From: a virus
Direction: 5' to 3' (one strand)
Length of the DNA stretch: 64,000 nt
IMG/VR virus record: IMGVR_UViG_3300021964_000016
This document shows positions 27,929 through 38,000 of the stretch, in pieces. The notes under the pieces are model-generated. The model was not told the DNA's origin and ran no database searches. It saw only the letters and a program-made list of their open reading frames with translations. The position numbers and the translations under genes were made by a program. Each line of letters begins with the position of its first letter. Positions within the stretch are counted from its first letter, which is position 1.

Positions 27929-28827
27929 TATTGTGGGTCTCCAAACGGATTAGATTCGCTGAAGTCTAAGAACTCAAAAGCAGAGATATCAAAACTGCTT
28001 ACATTTCCGTCTGCTCCACCAGGACTCCCTGGTTGTATCTCTTGTAGTTCTAGGACGGAAGTTGGTGTTGCAACAGCACTAGAGTTGTCTCCTATTACTT
28101 GAGCAGTTGTGGTGAAAACCTTATACTCGCCAGAAGTGTTGCCCACATGAGCAAGACTCATCCTATTATCAGAATCGCTCCAGTTTACAACCTCTCCGGT
28201 GATTACATAATCATCAAACGTTTGTGTTACTATCTCTCCAACTTCATATCCAGTTGAAGCAGAGTCCATAACCAATTGATACTGATATGCCGCAAAAGAT
28301 TCAATATCGTCTATTTGTGCAATACCAGTATCAAAGTCTTCTGCACTATACTCAAACAACTCGCAACGAAGATTGAAAGTTGGCAATTGCCCTAGTTGAT
28401 AGAAAGGACTTTCGTCCTGTACGCTCATTATCTCAAAAGTTGACCCAGAAAGAGGAAGATGAATCAGGTCGCCTTCTCTTGGTCTATAATATTTGTTCTG
28501 TGGAGTTTCTTCATAGGCACGTATTTCTGTGTTCCATCTACGGCGAGACATAACAAAGTTTACTGAGTTTCTTATCTCAACCCCAAATTTTTGAAATAGG
28601 TCTCCTTCTCCGTCAAATCCTTCAGTGTTTTCGATATAGACTTCTAGTTTGTATGCATATTCAAACCGAGAAAGTTCAGCATCATTGAAGATCATATCAC
28701 GAGAAACTACTTCGCGTGGTATATAATAGATGTCATTGCCGTAAAACTTCAAGGATTCAACGATCAAATCCTCGTATAAGTTTTGTTCTGAGCGAACGTT
28801 TTGACGAAAATAAGGAGAGGTCGCCAT
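27928..28827 (-). CDS. gp14: Neck protein
   Basis: EQNLYEDLIVESLKFYG, KFGVEIR, RPREGDLI, PFYQLG, CELFEYS, DFSESNPFG. Confidence 0.95.
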   Translation of the reverse strand: MATSPYFRQNVRSEQNLYEDLIVESLKFYGNDIYYIPREVVSRDMIFNDAELSRFEYAYKLEVYIENTEGFDGEGDLFQKFGVEIRNSVNFVMSRRRWNTEIRAYEETPQNKYYRPREGDLIHLPLSGSTFEIMSVQDESPFYQLGQLPTFNLRCELFEYSAEDFDTGIAQIDDIESFAAYQYQLVMDSASTGYEVGEIVTQTFDDYVITGEVVNWSDSDNRMSLAHVGNTSGEYKVFTTTAQVIGDNSSAVATPTSVLELQEIQPGSPGGADGNVSSFDISAFEFLDFSESNPFGDPQ

Positions 28828-28831
28828 GATA

Positions 28832-29590
28832 TCAACCTACAAAAAAGTCTGGGGGAACTTCTTGCTCAAGACGCATACGTTCTCGCAAACTATTAATTTC
28901 TTCTTTTGCTTCCTCAAGCATAGTTCTTCCGCTAATCGTTACTCCTCCAGGGAGTTGCATGCCTTCAAACTTTGACATGTTTTGCCCCCACTGCTCTTTA
29001 ATTAGGGCAGTGGTATAGTCTTTCATGAACATATCATTGAATACTGAAGTGTGTGCTGTCGGGTCTACGGTTTGATAAACTTCTAAGGCAACGTAACTAC
29101 CAGAAACCAAGACACCGTCTTCAATATCGCTATGAATATACAAACGGTTTTGCTTTCTAGAAAAGGTTATCAAAGGCAGTCCGTTTACTTTCATATCAAT
29201 CAATTCCATGTACTGTCGCATTTGCTCATAGTACGACAAACCACTAGCACCAACATCAGACAAATGATGATAGTCGCTCATGGCGAATTGATAATTGAAA
29301 GAAAAGAAATTAGAACTGTTTATGATGGTGCTAGAGATAGGAAACATCTTAGTGACATATAAGATGTTTGTAGGCAGAGTGATATACTTGTTTGTTATGT
29401 CATCAGCGGTTAGTTGATGCTCATAGTAAACTCGAATAGTGGCATCATGATGAAACTCTTGATACACTTGTAGTGCGTCGTCGACTTTATCTTCAATTTG
29501 ATCTTCATCGACATTTATCTCTATAACTGGGTCACCAAGGCGACGGAGACAGTAGTCGATTAGTCCTTGTCTTGTGGTAATGACTGCCAT
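28832..29590 (-). CDS. gp13: Neck protein
   Basis: LIDYCLRRLGDPVIEINVD and QWGQNMSKFEGMQLPGGVT. Confidence 0.95.
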   Translation of the reverse strand: MAVITTRQGLIDYCLRRLGDPVIEINVDEDQIEDKVDDALQVYQEFHHDATIRVYYEHQLTADDITNKYITLPTNILYVTKMFPISSTIINSSNFFSFNYQFAMSDYHHLSDVGASGLSYYEQMRQYMELIDMKVNGLPLITFSRKQNRLYIHSDIEDGVLVSGSYVALEVYQTVDPTAHTSVFNDMFMKDYTTALIKEQWGQNMSKFEGMQLPGGVTISGRTMLEEAKEEINSLRERMRLEQEVPPDFFVG

Positions 29591-29617
29591 TGTTTTTTCC
29601 CTAAAAGCATTTACATC

Positions 29618-29625
29618 TATTTATA
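29618..29625 (-). promoter_or_regulatory. T4-type late promoter TATAAATA upstream of gp13
   Basis: Exact consensus, intergenic. Confidence 0.85.
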
Positions 29626-29628
29626 CTT

Positions 29629-30147
29629 TTAAATATCCAAAGCAGCTGTCAATGCTCTATTTTGTAAAACTTGGGTTTCCCAATCAGAACGAGGCATTTG
29701 CCAATGGTAAAGTTGAACCCCGCCGGAAGTTTTTCTATCAATAGCAACCTTTTTTATGCCATTTATCCTGTCAGTTATCCTATGAACAGTTCCGTTATCT
29801 TCTTCTATAATTCCATATATTCCATCGCAGCGATAAGTTTCAAACAGATATAAAGCTGCTTTGTATATCCCAAAGTCTCGAATCATTTTTCTTTGAGAAG
29901 CATTTAAAGAGTTAAATGCTCCATATTTCAAATGAGAATAGTCGGAAATAGTGCTTACCTCTATCCACTTTTCCCCCTCAACATATTCAAAGTCGTCTTT
30001 ATTGTGAATCAAAAGAAACAAAATATGATTGTTCCATCTCATAGCAGAATACCGTATTCCTTTCCAGTGACCCCACCCTTGTTTTTTACACCAATGTTGT
30101 ATTTCTTCGTTCCAGTCACCTTGATCAAAGGTTAGATCACCCATCAT
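29629..30147 (-). CDS. Hypothetical protein, divergent RimJ/RimL-type GNAT-like fold suspected
   Basis: YLFE...IYGIIEEDN...HWQMPRSDWE. Start likely ATG 30147 (TGATG overlap). Appears paralogous to the upstream ORF. Confidence 0.45.
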   Translation of the reverse strand: MMGDLTFDQGDWNEEIQHWCKKQGWGHWKGIRYSAMRWNNHILFLLIHNKDDFEYVEGEKWIEVSTISDYSHLKYGAFNSLNASQRKMIRDFGIYKAALYLFETYRCDGIYGIIEEDNGTVHRITDRINGIKKVAIDRKTSGGVQLYHWQMPRSDWETQVLQNRALTAALDI

Positions 30148-30674
30148 CACAACACCTCTATTGCTTCTTTTGCTTGCTTTTGCAATATACCAGATTCCCA
30201 GTCCTGTCTGGAAAAATACCAACGCAATAAATCAGCACCCTCGTTGTTTTTATGCCCTGTTTCTTTTATTCTGTTATAAGGATCTAGCCAATCTTTCATA
30301 TGTTTCAATGCTATTGTATTATCCGAAGGGGTTATGGTAAAGGCACCACCAGATATATTTTCTATCTCAAATAATTGATAACCTATTTTGTATGTACTTA
30401 TTATCCTGCTGCTATGAATTACTTTTTTAGAATATTTGCGAAGAATTTCTTTTCTAAAAACTTTAGTGTCTACAATCATACAGAGAGGAACCCAATCCTG
30501 TCCCCTATACAACACTCTCTCGTACTCTATTGTTGCAACTCCGAGTTGTTCGTCATATTCTATTCCATGATATCGAACAGGTTTATCCTTAGAGAACCAC
30601 TTTTTTTGTTTGGTGGTTTCTATAAAATCGTATAAAGCGTCGTCCCTCTCTCTAAGTGTAAATTTTATGCTCAT
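30147..30674 (-). CDS. Hypothetical protein, divergent GNAT-like paralog
   Basis: YQLFE...ITPSDN...RWYFSRQDWE mirrors the downstream ORF. Confidence 0.4.
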   Translation of the reverse strand: MSIKFTLRERDDALYDFIETTKQKKWFSKDKPVRYHGIEYDEQLGVATIEYERVLYRGQDWVPLCMIVDTKVFRKEILRKYSKKVIHSSRIISTYKIGYQLFEIENISGGAFTITPSDNTIALKHMKDWLDPYNRIKETGHKNNEGADLLRWYFSRQDWESGILQKQAKEAIEVL

Positions 30675-31209
30675 TATAAGATTGTTGCCACATGTTATAT
30701 TTTTGAAAACTAATATATTGAATAGAAGTATTTAACTTCTTCTCAAGCATGGTTTTATGGTGATTGGGGTTATATTCTTGGTCAAGTAATTCATGAAGAA
30801 TCGGTAACTTTTCGTCTAGTTCTTCATATTGAATAACATATTCTACTTGTTCTTTATACACCTCTTGCATATCTTCATACCAAGTATAAAGATATTTAAA
30901 CCCTTTTTGGTGTACCCAATGATCTTTTGGAAATATTTCTAAAGTAGATTCTACGCAACGAGAGATATCTTTTTCTATAAAGACTACATTTGCCTTCGAT
31001 ATAACATCGAAGGGAAAGGAAAGGAAAGAAAATGCGTCGACGTTTATGAACTGTTTTTCTTGGGAATACATCGCAGAAAAATAATCTTCTACGCGATCTA
31101 CCTTTGCAGTATACTCGTGTTCACAACGAATGTTATCATACAGCGAAAAGTATTTGTATAACCAAAAGGTTCTTGATCTAGGAAGAGCACATATTATAAG
31201 GGGTTTCAT
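30652..31209 (-). CDS. Sulfotransferase-like protein
   Basis: N-terminal IICALPRSRTFWL resembles the 5'-PSB loop (xPRSGT), followed by CEHE and IQYEEL. Confidence 0.55.
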   Translation of the reverse strand: MKPLIICALPRSRTFWLYKYFSLYDNIRCEHEYTAKVDRVEDYFSAMYSQEKQFINVDAFSFLSFPFDVISKANVVFIEKDISRCVESTLEIFPKDHWVHQKGFKYLYTWYEDMQEVYKEQVEYVIQYEELDEKLPILHELLDQEYNPNHHKTMLEKKLNTSIQYISFQKYNMWQQSYNEHKIYT

Positions 31210-31224
31210 AATATAATATGTATA

Positions 31225-32034
31225 TTAATTCAAAAGAGTCCCGTTTCTGTCGTATACATCAATCCTGTAGTATGTACCATTTTGACTATCTAACTGGTCT
31301 GCGTTAGAAGCAGTTCCAGTCAGGTTGGCAGTGATCGTCCCAGCAGAGAAATTACCAGAACCATCTTTGCTCACCAATGTACCAGAGGTTGGGAAAGTTA
31401 CGTCGGTTGCACCAGATGTGGTCAGAGTCAAACTGTTGCCGCCTACAGTCAGCAAGTTGCCAGTAAGACTAAGTGTTCTATTGGCGTTATTGACGTCAAG
31501 AGTAAGGGTTCTATCTGCTGTTAAAACAGGGGAAGCATTTGTCGAAACTACCCTAGTCTCAAAACCAGTGGTTATGGTATCTCTTAGTCCAAAGGTTGTG
31601 ATGTCTGTTAAAGAACCACCAGAAACTGAAGGTGTGTTTATGGTTGGGGTTGTTAGTGTCTTGTTTGTTAAAGTCTCTGTTCCCGTCAAAGAAGCAACAG
31701 ATTGTCCACCACTGATAGCAGCGTTCAACTGATTCAGCGTCATTGTCAAAGTGTTACTGGTAAGATTTATTGTTTTATTAGTTAGGGTCTGTGCAGTATT
31801 GACAGTCGCGATCTTATCAGAATCAATACCAATGGTCAAAGAGGCAGCATGTGCGGCAATACCAGAAATAGAAATTCCACTATCTGCTGATATGTCTTTT
31901 ACATAGTTTCCACTAGTTCCAGAATCGAGTGGCATGGTTGCCACTGCTGATTCTATAATTCCTATGACACCAGCAGAGTCTAGAGCACTTGGTGTAAAAG
32001 AAGTACTGAGGAATGAACTTAATTTTACTGCCAT
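31225..32034 (-). CDS. Short tail-fibre-like structural protein
   Basis: QTLTNKT/ETLTNKT repeats, GNFSAGTITANLTGTASNADQLD, and C-terminal IDVYDRNGTLLN. Confidence 0.7.
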   Translation of the reverse strand: MAVKLSSFLSTSFTPSALDSAGVIGIIESAVATMPLDSGTSGNYVKDISADSGISISGIAAHAASLTIGIDSDKIATVNTAQTLTNKTINLTSNTLTMTLNQLNAAISGGQSVASLTGTETLTNKTLTTPTINTPSVSGGSLTDITTFGLRDTITTGFETRVVSTNASPVLTADRTLTLDVNNANRTLSLTGNLLTVGGNSLTLTTSGATDVTFPTSGTLVSKDGSGNFSAGTITANLTGTASNADQLDSQNGTYYRIDVYDRNGTLLN

Positions 32035-32046
32035 CTTTGTTTCCTA

Positions 32047-34989
32047 TTATGCCTGTGCCTCTGACCAACGCAGAAGAACAGACGCTTCAGAAGTTCCTTT
32101 AGTCAGGAACACGTTTATAACAAGAACGTCTGACCCGTCTGGATACTTGAAGTCTCCTCCTAGTGGAGCACCAGTCAATTCTTTTAACTTACTCAAATCT
32201 AGAGAAGAAGTAACACCGTCTGCCTTACTGGTATCAGCGGTAAAAGCGAATACCTGTTCGCCTGGAATTGCATAAGCAGCTGCGCCAGTCCAAGTAATAT
32301 TTGGACCGTCCACCACCTGAGCAAACGATGGTTGTCCTCCTTGAGATTCAAGGTTGAGTCCTTGCCAAGTAGCATCCACAAAATTCTTGGGGTTCAAAAT
32401 ACCTTGTACAATACACTCACCCTGAAGAGCACCAGAAGAAACTGTAATTTGAACCTGTTCCAAAAGTAGTTGTGATCGATTTAAGAGTTCTTTTGCACCT
32501 AGACGACCCGTCAAAGAGTTTGCCACACTTGGTGCGAGACGAATAGCAAATGCAGCAACTGGAGTTGTCCCAAGGTTAAAGTTTTGTCTTGCATAGTTAA
32601 ACAAATAACCACGATCTAAGTCAAACCCACCGTCCATCACAAGAGCACTACCCCAGTGAGAGAGTGTTGGCGAACACGTGTTTGAAATCTCAATGATTCC
32701 AACGTTGTTGTCATGGGAAGCAGCAGGGCCAGCAGTTAAGTTATTGGTGGAACCCTGTTGATACTGCACCAATGTCGCAGATCTTGTACAACCTGTAAAG
32801 TTACCCGCACCTTGAGTGACACTCTTACCTGTATAGGTAATGATTTCGTTGTCAATAAGGAGAGTTCCCGTGTCAGAGAATTCTAATAGTTCTGCTACAG
32901 GAATCGTTGTGTCACTATCAGTAATTGCAGCGGTCAAGTGTGTTACTGGCGTGTCGTTTTCAATACTATAACGAACAGGCAAGTTACCAGAACGCATATA
33001 TGCTTCGTTGTTAATATTGTTATTCTTCATTCGATGGACATATACCCACTTACCATCACTACCACGAATCATGAAGTGAATAAATCCAGCACCATACCAA
33101 GAGTATTCAATACCAATCATCTGCATCTTGCCAGCGTCAAGGGTTGATCCAGAAGGACCATTACCGTCCATTGTGTCAAGATTCCAACGTGATTGTGGAA
33201 CACGTTTTTCTGTGATCTTAGTCATCCTAACACCACTCGCTGTAATACCACGATAATCTGGCGTTACATACATCGAGGTGTCGTTTACAACTTGTGTGAC
33301 AAAATGCGTCATACCACGAATAATAACCCTATCACCTGCTCTTAACTGTTCGGTGAACCGAGTAGAACTACCAGTAACCGCAGTGCTATTATTGGTGACG
33401 GCAATAGTTCCTGTAATTTGTCGAGCAGAAGATCTTTGAACACAATAAACGTCTTGTCCATTAAACTCAAAGAAGATTCCATTCTGATCGTCAAACATAC
33501 CAGCACGAACAGCAGAACCAGTCCAAGACTCAACATACACCTTTGTTACTTCATCCAGTGCTGCTGTAGTATCGCCAAGGACAGATTTAGAATTAACTCT
33601 AAAGGTATAGTCGTCAACAATGCTCTGCACTGTATAGGTGTCTTCGTAACCTGAAGTTGCAATGCCCTCAAGTTTTACTTCTGCTTCTGGTTGAAGACCA
33701 TGATCGATGTCATCTGTTTTGACAGTAATAGTCGAACCAATACCTGTGCTATCAGCGGTTATACTCTGTACGTCATAGTTTGGTTTAAACAGTGTACCAG
33801 AAGACCACAAGAATCCTTTACCAGATTGATATCGGAAATACTTTTTGGTTTGTCGAACCACTGTCGCTGCATAAGTTGGTGTCTTTGTCGAAAGAATAAC
33901 ACCACCATCATTCGGTCGGTGCAAAATAGTTGCGTTAGAAAACGCATACAATGTTGCAGAAGCAGGGTTTTCTACAGCAGCACCACCACGGGCAGTATAC
34001 TTTAAAGATGTCAGGGATGGAGTAGACTCAATAAAGAATGGGCCAGTGGCCAAAGTATTATTGGTTCCAGAATCCATAATAACATGAATGTTAGTGCCTG
34101 GAATAAGACCATGAGGGTTAGTGAAGTTTAACCGTATTGTTGTTGGATCTCCACTATCACCGCTTTCTATCTGAGCAGAAGAAACTGGGATAGAAGCACC
34201 AGCATAAAGTCCGCCACGTTTTGCTAGAGATTCTTCAGTATACAAAGATTGCCCACTGGAGGTTCCTACAAGTCCACGAGCAAAATATTGCACTGTTTGA
34301 GTGTCAGGAACAGAATCAATTAAGAAATTTCCGTCTGCTCGACTGAATCCGCTAATCCCTGAATTCAAAGAAGAAACATTGACAACATCGCCTTTAGACA
34401 AACTATGATCGGAGTCTACGAAAGAAACGGTAATTAAACTATTGGTCGAACTGGTTGTAGTGTAGTCTGTTGTAATATCATCAACAGAAAGGTCTACACC
34501 CGCTTCTTCATAAGCAGATGGATATCCTTTAACTGTTCCATAACCTGCCCATTTAGTAGGTTGAAGTCCGTATTCAAAGTCAGCATCGATTTGAGAAAGA
34601 GGATTAGACACACGCATACGTTCAATAGCGTCTGTACCGAACTGATAAGGACGAATAATCGCTCCGTCACCCTTGAAGTCCTCTACATAAATTTGCAACT
34701 TATCTGTTGCAGACATAGCACTAGTGTCTGCTTGCAGAGTAAACGTAGTGTATCCATCGTATGCTTGATCGATGGTATACCAATCGGGGTCAGTAAGGTA
34801 TCCGCCTGCTGTAAAGGTAGCAGTTGTACCAGCAAAGGTTGGTCCTGCAAAGTTGTAGATAATGGTGTTGTCGGTTACGTTTGTGATTAAAAGCAACTTA
34901 TCAAGCGTAAAACATCCAGGAATAATCACTGTGCCTACTCCAGAAGCACCTGGAGTGAAGATGTATTTGTATGCTAATCGTTTACTCAT
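32047..34989 (-). CDS. Virion structural protein (980 aa)
   Basis: LLLITNVTDNTIIYNF, RVSNPLSQIDADFEYGLQPTKW, RQTKKYFRYQSGKG, YSWYGAG. A family common in marine T4-like fibre regions. Confidence 0.75.
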   Translation of the reverse strand: MSKRLAYKYIFTPGASGVGTVIIPGCFTLDKLLLITNVTDNTIIYNFAGPTFAGTTATFTAGGYLTDPDWYTIDQAYDGYTTFTLQADTSAMSATDKLQIYVEDFKGDGAIIRPYQFGTDAIERMRVSNPLSQIDADFEYGLQPTKWAGYGTVKGYPSAYEEAGVDLSVDDITTDYTTTSSTNSLITVSFVDSDHSLSKGDVVNVSSLNSGISGFSRADGNFLIDSVPDTQTVQYFARGLVGTSSGQSLYTEESLAKRGGLYAGASIPVSSAQIESGDSGDPTTIRLNFTNPHGLIPGTNIHVIMDSGTNNTLATGPFFIESTPSLTSLKYTARGGAAVENPASATLYAFSNATILHRPNDGGVILSTKTPTYAATVVRQTKKYFRYQSGKGFLWSSGTLFKPNYDVQSITADSTGIGSTITVKTDDIDHGLQPEAEVKLEGIATSGYEDTYTVQSIVDDYTFRVNSKSVLGDTTAALDEVTKVYVESWTGSAVRAGMFDDQNGIFFEFNGQDVYCVQRSSARQITGTIAVTNNSTAVTGSSTRFTEQLRAGDRVIIRGMTHFVTQVVNDTSMYVTPDYRGITASGVRMTKITEKRVPQSRWNLDTMDGNGPSGSTLDAGKMQMIGIEYSWYGAGFIHFMIRGSDGKWVYVHRMKNNNINNEAYMRSGNLPVRYSIENDTPVTHLTAAITDSDTTIPVAELLEFSDTGTLLIDNEIITYTGKSVTQGAGNFTGCTRSATLVQYQQGSTNNLTAGPAASHDNNVGIIEISNTCSPTLSHWGSALVMDGGFDLDRGYLFNYARQNFNLGTTPVAAFAIRLAPSVANSLTGRLGAKELLNRSQLLLEQVQITVSSGALQGECIVQGILNPKNFVDATWQGLNLESQGGQPSFAQVVDGPNITWTGAAAYAIPGEQVFAFTADTSKADGVTSSLDLSKLKELTGAPLGGDFKYPDGSDVLVINVFLTKGTSEASVLLRWSEAQA

Positions 34990-35009
34990 TATTAATAGTT
35001 CCCTTTAAT

Positions 35010-38000
35010 TTATCCTAGAGCAACCGCAAACGCAATTGCTTCGTTGGTTGACGCAAAACTTGCTGAGTCGGCATTGGCACCTGCTGGTCCAGTTTCTCCT
35101 CTTTGTCCTATGGAAGAATATACTTGCCACGTGCTATTTATATAAATGAACTCAATGATACTTTGTCCGAGATCAAGTTCAAAATCATCAGCATACCCCT
35201 CAATCGTGCTTCCGTTTCTTCCTATAATTAGGGAGTTTGTAGAGAAGTTACCAACATCTATGATCTTAACATAATCGCCTGTAGATGGCGATGCTGGGAG
35301 AGTAACAGTAAAACTTCCACCAGTGGTATCTGCTGCAATTCTTTGAGAAGAAGTTGCTGTTACGTTACTGGTTACTGCGGTATAGTTAGTAGAGAAAACA
35401 CGGAAGTCCGAATCAAATCCAAGATAACTACCGCGCAAGGCACCAAAGTTAAACGTACCCAATTCAAAAGAAGAATCGTCAAAGTTGATTGTTTGATCTG
35501 GTACAGAACTATCTAATCCATCTTGAATCAGATTTGTGAAAACATACCACTCACCGTTTGTCGCGTCTCTTACAAAACCGCTTCGGCGAATAGTAGAACC
35601 ACCATCTGTCGAATATCTACCGACGACACCCATATCAACAGTATCTTGAGAATTACTGTCGGCAACTTTGATGATCGCATTTGTAATACGAAGGTCGTTC
35701 TGAGACGTAATATTTTGTGTCCCTTGAACAGTAAAGTCTCCGGTAATGACCAAATCGCCGTTAATAGTGGCAGCACTAAATTCTACTGAATCTGATGTGC
35801 CAACACTTTGTCCGATAGAAATAACACCAGTGCCAGAACTATATGATACACCAGTTCCAGCAGAGAAATGCGCCCTTGTTTCAGATGCACTTGGTCCTTG
35901 GTAAGATATGATTCCAGTAGCAGGATTATAGGAGAGACTTCCGTCTCCTCCACCGTCATTTACATCGATAGCATTCTTAGCATCAGAGTCTGCACGAGCA
36001 GTTGTGTAATACAGATTAGAACCTTCGCTAAGGTTTGTTGTGCTAGAAGCACCCAAATCACTATCAAAGCGAGAAGTCGTGTAATATAGATTACTTCCTT
36101 CTATTAGATCGCCAGTATTGTGATTGCTAATGTCTGAAACAGTACCAGTTACATCACCAATGAAGTTGCCATTCGCTTGAACATTACCAGTAGCAAATAT
36201 ATCAGTACCACGAAGGTTTCCACCGATACCAAGACCACCAACAAGAACTAAAGAACCATTGGTTTTAGCAGTGGAGTTTGTGGAAGAAAATAGTTTTATA
36301 TCACCATTACTATCCATGGACACAAGTGCTGTGCCCCCAGATAAATCGTATGGAGATTCTCCAACATTTTTTCTTATTCTTAATCCGAAGTTATTAGAGG
36401 GATACCCAATAACCATCTGGTTTGAGTCAGCAGTTCCAGTAACACCAATATAATGCCTGAACTGATTTTTTATCCCAAGGGCAATTGCTGTAGAAGTATT
36501 CGCGCTATCGTTGGATGCAAATAAAAATGTGGTATTTTGAGAGTCTCCATAAAACGAGTTCTCGTTATAAGACAAACCACCGTAGTTTTGCTGGTATGCA
36601 ACGGTTGACCCAAGAGTTATACTAGTGCTAGCAGAAAGAGTACCAGAAGAAATGCTTGTTGAAGAAAGGGTATTAATCTTAGCAGAATCATAGGTCAAAT
36701 CCTGCCCAGATAATTTGGTTATATAACCACCTTGTACATCGACACTATCAGCAGTGATTAGCGCAAATACAACATTGTCAGTAGTTCCGACTGATTGACC
36801 AATCGCAACCTCACCATCGATAATTGTTACACCTGTACCACCAGAAAAATGTGCGCGTGCTTCAGAGGCAGAAGGACCAGTATAAGTAAAGACACCACTG
36901 GCGGCATCATAACCAAACGAACCATCGCCGCCTGCATCAGTAGCAGATACCGCATTCTTTGCATCAGAGTCTGCACGAGCGGTGGTGTAATAGAGGTTTG
37001 TTCCTTCTGCTACATTGGTTGTGGTTTTTGTAGCAAGTCTAACATCAAAGTCGCTATCTGACCTTGCGGTTGTGTAATAGAGGTTAGTTGAACCTTCTGA
37101 TAGTTGATCTGTATTATTGTCACCAAAGTCACTATCAAAGCGAGCAGTCGTGTAATATAGGTTAGTTCCTTCAGAAACATCGGTAGTGGATTTGGTCGCT
37201 AATCTAGTATCAAAATCTGTATTAGCGCGAGCAGTGGTGTAATAAAGATTAGAACCTTCCGTTAAATTTGATGTGGTTTTTGTAGCAAGTCTATCATCAA
37301 AAGCACTATCCGCTCTTGCAGTGGTGTAATAGAGGTTTGTTCCTTCGCTAAGATTTGTAGTTGACTTTGCAGCGAAGTCAGTATTAAAATCAGAACTGGT
37401 ATAGTGTTCACCTATGGTTACAGAAAACTGTCCTGTCGCTGAGTCATACGAGAGGTCTCCAGCAGCAGAAAAGAGTCCTTTAATTTGAGTAGCAGAACGA
37501 TCTGAGTCTGTGTAAGAAATAACGCCAGTGTTAGCATCATACGACAGGTCGCCAGTAGCAGAAATAAGCAACCTTACAGCAGAGTCTGTTCTTTGACTAT
37601 ATGAAAATTCGCCAGTAGAGGAATTGTAACTCAGATCGCCCGCAGCAGAAAACAGACCCTTGATTTGTGCAGCGGTTCTATCAGAATCAGTATAACTAAA
37701 TGTGCCAGTGGAAGAATTGTAACTCAAGTCTCCGCCAGCAGAGAAAAACCCTCTTATATCTGCTTGGGTTCTCTGTGTGAAACTGAAAACCCCGTTTACG
37801 GAATCATAAGTTAGGTCTCCACTCGCATCAAACAGACCCCTAATTTGTGCAACGGTTCTATCAGAATCTGTATAAGAGATGACACCAGTTGCAGAATTAT
37901 AACTTAGATCGCCATTAACAGAGATAGCATTTTTAGCGTCACTATCTGCTCTTGCAGTGGTGTAATAGAGGTTAGTGCCTTCTGTTAAGTCTGAAGTAGA

